A DNA stretch of 20,000 bases from Catajapyx aquilonaris. Its lineage: Eukaryota. Shown here in pieces: positions 1 to 8,617 of this stretch (positions are counted from its first letter, which is position 1; each line of letters opens with the position of its first letter). Location: contig JYFJ02001944.1 in NCBI GenBank assembly GCA_000934665.2, positions 46,038 to 66,037 on the forward strand, given 5' to 3'. The translations under genes were made by a program, and so were the position numbers. The notes beneath the pieces were generated by a model. It saw nothing but the letters and a program-made list of their open reading frames with translations, was not told the DNA's origin and did not search any database.

Positions 1-108
1 AACTTAATAGTATAATTCAGCTGGGTTAGCCTGAAACAAAATGTGAGAAATGTCGAGACACCATATCTGTATGATCGTAGCAATAAAATTCATTTTTGCT
101 ATTCGCAG

Positions 109-699
109 AAACTTAATCTGGACCCAGGCAAGTTCCTGGAGCTGGAGCTGGAGGCTTGGCTTCTGCAACAGCTGCTCATCCTTGGTTCGAAGCGGGACCA
201 GAAGGTGATTGCGACTCCGAAGCAAGGCTACCTGGTTGTCCCGAAGTCCCAGGCGGAGGTCGACTCTGGCTCATTCCTTGTCGACCCGTCGCTCGTCCCG
301 CTTGAGCAGGGATCAAAATTGGAGCCGGACCCACCTGACCTGGAGGAGAGTCAGCATGATTTGTCTGCACTCTTCCATGCGTGGCATCAGAGCCTGCAGG
401 CTGAAGTGTCATCATTTGCGGCTGGAGAGACTCAAGTTAGAAATCTGTATCAGGAGATATCGAGGATGAGCCCGGAGGAGTGGGAGGCCAGCAGGGTCAG
501 AGGTACAGAGGATGTGGCTTCGTCAATTCAGAAGGAGCTCTCGATGTTGAAATGCGAGGAAGACGAGCAGGTGCCAAATCCGCCCCTGGTGGCCAAGCTG
601 GAGGAAGAGGCGCAGGCGCTTGAAATGATGATCGTCGAGGATAACTGGACAGAAGATTCCATGCAGCATTTCTACCCATCTAATGAAGTGCAAGAATAG
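109..699 (+). CDS. Terminal coding exon of an unidentified protein (acidic, probably helical C-terminus); earlier exons lie outside the window
   Basis: Acceptor TTTTTGCTATTCGCAG ends at 108. The open frame KLNLDPGKFLELELEAWLLQQ...HFYPSNEVQE runs to TAG at 697-699 with GC-rich codon usage, then an AT-rich 3' UTR follows. Family not recognised. Confidence 0.75.
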   Translation, partial: KLNLDPGKFLELELEAWLLQQLLILGSKRDQKVIATPKQGYLVVPKSQAEVDSGSFLVDPSLVPLEQGSKLEPDPPDLEESQHDLSALFHAWHQSLQAEVSSFAAGETQVRNLYQEISRMSPEEWEASRVRGTEDVASSIQKELSMLKCEEDEQVPNPPLVAKLEEEAQALEMMIVEDNWTEDSMQHFYPSNEVQE

Positions 700-1268
700 A
701 TCGATTGAGAATCGTGCATGGTTTCAGGTCATCTTTGTTGTTGTATGTGATATTATTATTCACGAAGGACATTGAGAAAATTCCGCATTGTTAGCCTGCA
801 ATACAAAATTTTAACTAAGTCCTTAATTTTAATGAAGATATTTGCTGCTACAATCATTTGTAAATTGGCAATTTTTATGCATGTGTTGTAATTTTTGTAA
901 TGATGTAAATGTATCAATGAGTCTACTCTTGCTACAATCGTACTCGAAGAAATATTGTGAACTGATGTCCAAGCTCTTACCGAGATCTCATTGTAACCTC
1001 TGAAAGTTTAATGAGGAATATTTTGTTAGATGTTGAGAGAGGTAATTTTAATCCATTCACATTTTAGAAAGAATGTTATAGCCTACCTGTGCTGCTTCTT
1101 ATTCATTTTATAGAAAGCTATATTATTTATTACATATTTATTTGTACAGTTCACACAGGATGCCGTTGTTGACATTGTAGTGAAAGAAAATTTTTCCCTT
1201 ATTTTGATATGCAGGGACATATTTGAAAATGTTTGTCCTTTGCCCTTCAAATCTGTATTACTATTGTA

Positions 1269-1274
1269 AATAAA
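1269..1274 (+). terminator. Candidate polyadenylation signal of gene 1
   Basis: AATAAA at the end of a ~570 nt AT-rich tract after the stop codon. Confidence 0.45.
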
Positions 1275-2044
1275 TATTGTCCAACGCAGTGATCGGTGCA
1301 GTAATTTGTTTACTTCTGCAGCGACCCATCATGTGCCTTCGGTGAAAATCTTTTTAGCAATTCAGTTCGGATCACACTATACTTTAATAGCTAAAATTGG
1401 TGCGAAAGCCCTGAGGCACAATTATTATATTATTCCCCTCAGATACGCCCACAAATAAGACTACCTGTACGTCAAAACAGTAAAAACATTTTGTAACCTT
1501 GCATGTGAATATGGTAGGCCCCTTATCTTGTTTGATTATGAGCACTTGAAGCGAGGATAAGATGATCAGTCAGACTTTTTTGATGCCACAACTTCAGATT
1601 TATAGAGCATGATGAGGTAATTAATTTCAAATTGCGAATATGGAGCATGTGAGTTACGCTGCAGCAAAGTAGAGCAGACGTGGATTTTTATGCTCTAAAT
1701 TAAGTAATTAATGACGTTGGTGTAATATTTTAGCATTTTTTTTTTGAAAAATCATTACAGGTTACAGGGCTGTGGAAGTGAATCTTTGGTTGACTCGTCG
1801 TACTTGATGTAAGTAATATTTTTTTTTGGAACATTGTTGCTGTGTATCAGTATGCGTCACATACTGTGAACGCTGGCTGATTCCCCCACACACTTCAAGT
1901 AAAAGTGACGCCTCTGGATTATTATCAGCATGTATGTGTCTTGCCAAATGCAACTCTTGATAACAAGAGTACCTTGAACCATATTTGCTCATTGTAACAG
2001 CCTAGTTGCTGGTTGTCACTCACACCGTTAACATTCAACCAAAG

Positions 2045-2096
2045 ATGGGCAGCTGTTATCTTCTGGGCTTCGTGGCACTGGCCTTAATCGCCACAG
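2045..2096 (+). CDS. Multi-domain defensin-like (CS-alpha-beta) secreted protein, exon 1 (signal peptide)
   Basis: AAGATGG start context; encodes MGSCYLLGFVALALIAT plus 1 nt; donor CAG|GTAATT, phase 1. Confidence 0.85.
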
Positions 2097-2315
2097 GTAA
2101 TTTCTAGGTTAATCCAGGATTTTACTAACACAAGGTGGTGCAAAACCACAAGTATAATGCGTATTGTGCTGTAGGACAAGTTATAAAATAACAATTTAAT
2201 TACTCCATACAATTCAATGGTGTATATTCGGATTGTTATCCACATAAATCATTCCTAAATATTTTCTTCACTATGTAAATCATTCACAACCAATCCTTGA
2301 ACTATAATTATACAG

Positions 2316-2446
2316 TGAGCTCCCTTCCAACTGGTGGTGGTACCATCCTGGTGTACCAGTCCAAAAATGGCGAAGACGTGTTCATAAAGGCGTACCCGGC
2401 TGGGTACAGCAAGTGCATGAAGACGTGCGTTGACAATGGCCAAGAT
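2316..2446 (+). CDS. Multi-domain defensin-like protein, exon 2
   Basis: Acceptor TATACAG; in frame from exon 1 gives VSS|LPTGGGTILVYQSKNGEDVFIKAYPAGYSKCMKTCVDNGQD (likely signal cleavage VSS-LP); donor GAT|GTAAGT, phase 0. Confidence 0.85.
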
Positions 2447-2566
2447 GTAAGTAATCACTAAGCAACAACCTCTGGACGTAATCTCGAGGTCATCATTGTC
2501 ATCATCATCATCAACAGCCGTAATCACTTGTTTTGTTTGACGTCAATCAATTTGTATATCTGAAAG

Positions 2567-2821
2567 GCGTGCGACCACAGATGCAAGAATCCGCAGGAGG
2601 TGCTGAAGGGCATCTTGTCCAACTGCACTCAGGAGGAATACGATGCTTGTGTCGATTACTGCCACTCCGTTGGTATCAACTCGACCACGTGTTTCGGCGA
2701 TGGGAACTGCCTGTGCGTCGAGATGTACGGAAACGACCTGCTGAAGACGAAGATGGCCAAGCAGGAGACGGAGGAAGAGTGTGAAGACTGCGACGCATAT
2801 TGCGACCAGCTTCCTTCGCAG
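2567..2821 (+). CDS. Multi-domain defensin-like protein, exon 3
   Basis: Acceptor TGAAAG; ACDHRCKNPQEVLKGILSNCTQEEYDACVDYCHSVGINSTTCFGDGNCLCVEMYGNDLLKTKMAKQETEEECEDCDAYCDQLPSQ; donor CAG|GTATAC, phase 0. Overlaps ORF 2600..2866. Confidence 0.85.
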
Positions 2822-2921
2822 GTATACACTATACACACCTGCGTAGTCTTAAAGGAAATTAAATAAATTCAAGGGCATGACGCACACCCATCAGTGTGAC
2901 CGCACATTTTAATAATTACAG

Positions 2922-3059
2922 GAAGTGACATGCAGCCCTCCCGTCGGATGCGAATGCGACTCGGACGAAGCCGGTACCATGTACCTGCTAGGTGACGACA
3001 AATGCACGCCAGAAGAAATACAAGAGTGTCACGACCGATGCGTCGACAACGGATTCAAG
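2922..3059 (+). CDS. Multi-domain defensin-like protein, exon 4
   Basis: Acceptor ATTACAG; EVTCSPPVGCECDSDEAGTMYLLGDDKCTPEEIQECHDRCVDNGFK; donor AAG|GTCCGA, phase 0. Completes the domain 2 cysteine pattern. Confidence 0.85.
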
Positions 3060-3113
3060 GTCCGAAACTAATTTACGTATATAATAACACATAATTATTA
3101 TAGAAGCTCTATT

Positions 3114-3680
3114 ATTTGTTCATTTCATACCCATCGAGAAGAAAATACTGACCTTATTCGATTATTGTGGGTATGAAATGGACAAGCAAACAAACTGTGT
3201 CGAATTTTCGTCCCACTGCTATACGCGTAGTTAGCCTACTGGCTAACTTAGCAGTACCAGTGCCAACATTATTATTGACACTGCTAAGTTAATAGCAGTA
3301 ACTATAGCAGTGCGACGAAAATTCCACCCATCGTCTTTTATAAAAGCTTTTTTTTTCTTTCCATTTTACACCTTATTATTCATACCCATAATAATAGAAT
3401 AGTGTTTTCTGGGTATGAAATAGTAATGAATGGTGGACAAACAAACAAACTTATATAAAAGACAATGTTCGTTTGCTTGTCCATTTCACATCCATAAGTT
3501 ATTATACCCATAATAACCGAATAAGTATATTATTTTCTTCCTGATGGACCGGACAAACAAACTTTTATCCTTTATAAAAGCTTGTTTGTTTGTTTGTTTG
3601 TTTGTTTGTTTGTGTGTTTGTTGTCCATTTCATACCCATTTCATGCCCATAATATAATTATGAACCATTTTCTTCTTCAT
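3114..3680. repeat. Cluster of about four degenerate short foldback units in intron 4
   Basis: Recurring TTTG(C/T)TTGTCCATTTCATACCCA and its reverse complement TGGGTATGAAATGGACAA(A/G)CAAAC; TTTATAAAAGC spacers; (TTTG)n at about 3582-3620. Confidence 0.6.
3196..3330. mobile_element. MITE-like palindromic element
   Basis: Terminal inverted repeats GTCGAATTTTCGTCCCACTGCTATA / TATAGCAGTGCGACGAAAATTCCAC (2 mismatches) and an inner pair AACTTAGCAGT / ACTGCTAAGTT. Confidence 0.65.
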
Positions 3681-3713
3681 GAGAGTTGATACAACCAGTT
3701 TTTCTTGTTACAG

Positions 3714-3755
3714 GACGGCACGTGTCTGATCCCAGGCTTGTGCTCATGCGCTTAA
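3714..3755 (+). CDS. Multi-domain defensin-like protein, exon 5 (terminal)
   Basis: Acceptor TTTTTCTTGTTACAG; DGTCLIPGLCSCA* completes domain 3 with exactly the spacing of domain 1; AATAAA follows at 3801. Confidence 0.85.
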   Translation, partial: DGTCLIPGLCSCA

Positions 3756-3800
3756 ATCGACCTGATAACATCTGAAAGTTGAAGTGTTGAACCAATGGTT

Positions 3801-3806
3801 AATAAA
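3801..3806 (+). terminator. Polyadenylation signal of the defensin-like gene
   Basis: AATAAA 45 nt after the stop codon, followed by a GT/T-rich tract (TTGTGTATGTTG). Confidence 0.65.
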
Positions 3807-3935
3807 AATCGGTGCATTACAATATTGTGTATGTTGCCTTTTTTAAAACAAAAAAAAATGTCCGTTAGTGGCCCCTCGTGTGCTGCCTACATTAAAATCA
3901 AGCCTCTCTTTCTGTGTGTGTGTTTCATTGGAGCG

Positions 3936-4042
3936 AGGAAAAGTGGAAGTGTGGCGCATGCGCTGTTTGAGGGAAGGTTTAGAGCGGGTGGTCGCAAACC
4001 ATGGAAGGAAAACTAGGGTCGCCCTCAGATCTCTTTTCAGTT
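3936..4042 (+). promoter_or_regulatory. Candidate promoter of the sushi/F-lectin gene
   Basis: NRF1-type palindrome GCGCATGCGC at 3954-3963, an ETS-core GGAAGT just upstream and Inr-like TCAGTT at 4037-4042. Confidence 0.5.
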
Positions 4043-4145
4043 GACGGTTGAGGGTCGAGGAAGTGAGTTGTTGAGCTTTTTTCCCCCCCTTTTCCTTTTC
4101 CCCCCCATATGGCCTAGAGCTGGACACGCGCTCATTTGCCTACAG
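4039..4145 (+). other. Candidate non-coding first exon (1a) of the sushi/F-lectin gene
   Basis: Follows the promoter motifs and ends in a consensus donor CAG|GTGAGT at 4145/4146. The start is inferred from the Inr. Confidence 0.5.
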
Positions 4146-5799
4146 GTGAGTCGTGGTGTTATAAGCACATGTACATTATAATAAGAAATTATATGCTAAT
4201 ATTTGGTGGCGCCTCAGGGTCGCTCCTTGCTTACACACGTAAATGATAAGAAAAAAAAAGTTTGTTTGTAAACGAGGTCTAACGGAAGGATGTTCAAAAA
4301 ATTAAGCCAAAATAGTTCAATTTAATTTTCTTTGTTACTTTGGTTTGTTAACAGTCTGAGCTCTCCAATTGGGAAAAGTAACAGTTTGATATAATATTGC
4401 TGTAATATATCGTATGTGCAGGATGGTACAGTACCCAAGTACAAGATCATAAAAAGGCTAAGTGAACAGGCTGTTGACCCCAGTAATTAGTTTGAAGAAA
4501 AGAAAATCTGTTGGAAGAAACTGCCACATAAGGCCTACTCATCTAATAATAATAATAATGGTTCGCTTAAAAACAATTCGTCTTGTCACAAACATTTAAC
4601 TTTAATTGCACAATTGTAGTCATCAGCGTCTTGTACTGTCTTATCGTGTATGCTACATATTTAGTATTAAAAGTTGTAGGTTTTGGTATGTAGCCTTCGA
4701 GTGTATTTACCCCTCCGGCTATTTACGACGCTATTGCTCTCCCACATTTTTTTGAAGTGAAGGGCGCCTTTTTTTGATGATATCTCAGCACCTTTTATTT
4801 ACAAAAATTGATCAGTTTTTGCATTCGAATTTTCCTCAATAATGTTAGCACAGAGACTAGCCTGTAATAGCCTGTATAGGAATACACTTTTATCCAGCTT
4901 TTTTATTGTAATACTTTATACAAATATTTTTGATGCCATTCCCTTCAACCTGAACTTTTTTTCGTCCATGTTCTGTTTAAGTGTTGACATGTTATTTTTT
5001 ATAACTCATAAAATGATGTACTGAATCCAATTTTAGGCGTTGGTTCCATCTTTTGTATATTTAAAAAAAACACGCTTTAAATTGCTCGGTACGTTTAACA
5101 GTATTGTCTCGAATAGCTGTGACGCAACAGAGGGTTATACCGAACAATCCGACAAAAAATTTAGACAAAGTCTCCACCTCTCCAAAAAATTGTGAAAGCG
5201 TCTCAGTAATACACGAAATATCCTTGTACTTGCCAAGGATTCTTCACATATGAGACAATGATAATAAAAAAAATGTCAGTGCGGTTTTCTCGTGAATCAC
5301 ATCAGAAAACTGACGGAATTTTCTCGAAAAAAAAGAGACCACACACTCGCTGATGACATACACGCAGAGATTATTTTTTTCCCTCCACACATCCTGCTTT
5401 TGAGTGTCTAACAGTGAGTTTACTTTTCTCCGAGGTATATATCGAGGGTGTGTCTCCCGAGTGTGAAGAAATGAGATACCACGTGAAGGGAAACGATAAA
5501 AATAACGCAAGTTTTTCAACTCGACGAAAAACTTTAGGGGGGTAGAATTTTTTTCTATCTGACTCAGCTTAATGTGTGTGTGCTGTTTTGAGGGTTGTCA
5601 GAAATTTTTGGCAAGCTTTGGGAATCTGGTATCGTAAAAACGTCGCGTGTGAGACGCGCTGATTACTAGGTATCTTTATAGGACAAAAAAAAATAATGAG
5701 AAGAAAAAAATCCGACCTTGTTAACCACCTTCAATCGCAAGTTCAGATAGCAATTACTGCACTTGTGTAATAAGAAAAGTGTAGGAAAAATCTCTGAAG

Positions 5800-6520
5800 A
5801 CTTAGAGAAAATAAAGGAAAAAAATCACAATTAACTAACATTCGGAGCGACGTGTAGAATCACAAATTATTAAAATCTCCGATTATTATAGTCATTCCAA
5901 AAATAAAAAATTATTTTAAAATGACTTGACTAACTTGTAAGAGAAAATCCCCGTCAACATATGAAACAACGTATATAAATAAAGGAAAAATCGCAGTAAT
6001 TAAATAATATATTTGGACCGATTTGTATAATATCGAAAATTAAATCGAAGCCATTAGGACAATCTCCGAATATGTTTACGCATTCCCAATATTTTTATTA
6101 TTTATTATATTTATTTTAAAAATGTGATAGCTATAAGAGAAAATCTCCGTCAATATGTAAAACAACATAACTAAATATCAGGATATTAAAATAAATTATT
6201 TTTTCGGACTAAATGTGTAATACCGGTAAGTTACTGCAAATTAAATCGAAGCAAGATCAGGAAAATTTCTGATTACGGACAGATATTCCCAAAATATGCA
6301 AAAAGTTATTAGAAAATAAATTGGCTAAGAAAAACTAGACTCAACATATAAAACAGCAACGACAGTGATTAAATAATACATTTGGACTGATATGTATAAT
6401 ATTGCAAATTAAATCGGAGCATTAATCTCGGAATATGTTCAGGCATTCTCCCAATACGACAATTTATATTAAAATAAGTTGGCTAAGAGAAAATCTCCGC
6501 CAACACATAATAACATATTT
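5800..6520. repeat. Old degenerate tandem repeat, about 4 units of roughly 160-200 bp
   Basis: Variants of GAGAAAATCTCCGTCAACATAT at about 5941, 6137, 6325 and 6485; AAATTAAATCG(A/G)AGC at about 6037, 6238 and 6406. Confidence 0.65.
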
Positions 6521-6613
6521 TCCCTTAATTTTGCGATGATACAAGCGGTACTTAAAATGTTGAAAGCGCATCAATTAAAACCAGAAGTGTCGGATAATCT
6601 TCCCACCAACTTT

Positions 6614-6632
6614 TGTGTGTGTGTGTGTGTGT
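6614..6632. repeat. (TG)n microsatellite
   Basis: Direct reading. Confidence 0.8.
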
Positions 6633-7225
6633 CTGGTGTATTATATGAGCGTTACTCTTTCCCACCGCAGCGTAATAGTAACTGTACTCATCTTAGGTAA
6701 TCTCACCTCCATTTTTTCCCCCCTTCACTTTCACCAAAGTTTTTCAAACTATGGCCATTGATCTCTAACCATTCGAGCCGAAAAAAAAGACGGACCATTT
6801 TACTCCTCTCCTTGCAAACCACAACCGGAAGTCGTCCCCAAATTATACATCGTCATACACCAACCATGACCTACTAAAAAAAACTAGGCGTATATTTCCG
6901 GTAAAGCTCATCAAATTTAATATTTTTTTTTCTCTCTCTCTCTACCAAAATGTGTCCACTTCCTTCTTCCGCGACTGTGACCATCATGTGGAAATGGTCG
7001 CTACGGGATCTTTGTTAGAAAACTACCGGGTAATTAATGTACAGAAGGGATGGTATTAAAAAGTGTCCGTCACTCGAGTGACGATTTTTTTCTAAGTCGT
7101 GGTTACAGGAGCAGTCAAAACCTCTCTCTCGTTTTAAAAATTCGGTCGACCTGAACTGGAGTAATTAGGAAGAGCGGGCGTCATGCTTCGGAAGCCCATC
7201 CGTACTCTGGTATAGCACAAGGTTC

Positions 7226-7366
7226 AGTGTCTCGTCGTGTGTACAAAGAACTGCTCAAAGTACACAGTTAGAGCCAGAAAGTTACAGTGAATAAAATAAA
7301 AATAAACAAATACACAAAATGTAATACGAAATAGTATCAAAACCAGTATAAGTGCATCTGTCCGCG
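7226..7366 (+). other. Candidate alternative non-coding first exon (1b)
   Basis: Inr-like TCAGT at 7224, an A-rich leader and a donor GCG|GTGAGT at 7366/7367. Confidence 0.35.
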
Positions 7367-8568
7367 GTGAGTCATCAGCAGTGCGCCATCTATGTCAGGC
7401 ACATGGTACTTTGTCATAAACATATTAAACTTCACAATTACCGGTACGAAAAATCATGAGTTGAAGAAAAGTGACGTCACTTTGGTGATGACGTGTTCTC
7501 GCACAAATTGGCGAAAATTATTTGCGATTCATGATGCGATTACTAGCGTTAGAAGCCCGGTAATTCAGGCGGAATGTTTGATATTGTGTTAGGGGATGCT
7601 GAGAGTTGAAGTCAAAATTGAAACTTTAAATTGGTTAGTCAGTGATTGTTCATGTTGCTGTTTTTTTTTGCCATTATGTCGAGGGGGGGAAACCCCGCTG
7701 GGAGTACAATTTGCAAATTTCGTTTTGCACCGATTTTATAGCCGAGGCGAATGTCCGAGAGATTTCTGTCGATACGCATCTGACTTATCACGGTCTTCCG
7801 CTATACGCATCGGTACAATGTTTTAATTAAAAGGCGTTCTCATGTACCCTGCGTAATTAAACGGATGTGGTACGCCATATGCAAGGGGGGGCCCTCCATA
7901 GGTTTGGTCATAAATTAGGTACTAAAAGCTGTTACAGGCTTGAGTCATACAAGCTGTCAGACGACTCATCTTTATAAGTATACACTGAACTGTGGAAAAT
8001 CACTCCGCTTTTGGAGGTAAATAAATATTGCATAGAATAAAATTAATAATGTGTAGTTGCGTAGTTTATTAGTTTCATTAGCTACCCAGTTTATTAGTTA
8101 CAACTTATATAGATTATAATCTATATAACCAATAAGCTTTGTAACTAATAACACTAAAAACTAACTAATAAAATAATTATAAACTAATGTAACTAATAAA
8201 CAATATCATATTAATACATAAATGCGTGTCTATACCATCATGTTACTTTTCGAGCGTTATCGTTGTAACTTATTGCAACTCCAATAATTTTTAATGGTTG
8301 TAACGGTCTGTTACAATGGTAGCTTCCAAAACATCCGTTGTAATCTCTCTAGGTTAGTATTATTACTTAACAGGTGTTTTTTTTTTTTATTGCCTGCCAT
8401 ATGAAGACCATTAGGTCGTTTCCACATTGCAGGTCACTTGCGACGCAGATGTCAGAAGATGACCCGACCTGACCTGACCTAAAAGAGACGATGGCAGCCA
8501 ATCCTTCGAGCCAACCTGTCCGTCCCTAAGGTTTTTTTCCCCCTATGCCAAAAACATCTCATCCGAAC

Positions 8569-8617
8569 ATGAGACGACTGGTAATCGCCTGCTTATTCAC
8601 TGCAGCCATCGTCAATG
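8569..8617 (+). CDS. Signal-peptide exon of the sushi/F-type lectin (furrowed/CG9095-like) gene; exon probably 8433-8617
   Basis: MRRLVIACLFTAAIVN plus G, then donor G|GTAAGT (phase 1), joins in frame to 18890 giving ...IVNG|MQPKQC. Acceptor CATTGCAG ends at 8432. An alternative in-frame ATG is at 8545. Confidence 0.75.

Noticed and set aside
43..108. N-terminal extension of the 218-aa ORF
   Set aside because: It starts at GTG, is AT-rich and ends in a pyrimidine tract plus CAG, so it is better read as intron.
1875..1965. NF-kB and GATA immune elements upstream of the defensin-like gene
   Set aside because: GATTCCCCC is only a partial kB match and short GATA cores are expected by chance.
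2255..2838. Minus-strand ORFs 2255-2527, 2543-2836 and 2656-2838, and + ORF 2533-2784
   Set aside because: Shadow frames of the spliced defensin-like exons.
4700..5560. Possible decayed DNA transposon
   Set aside because: The texture is suggestive, but I could not define convincing TIRs, a TSD or a transposase remnant.
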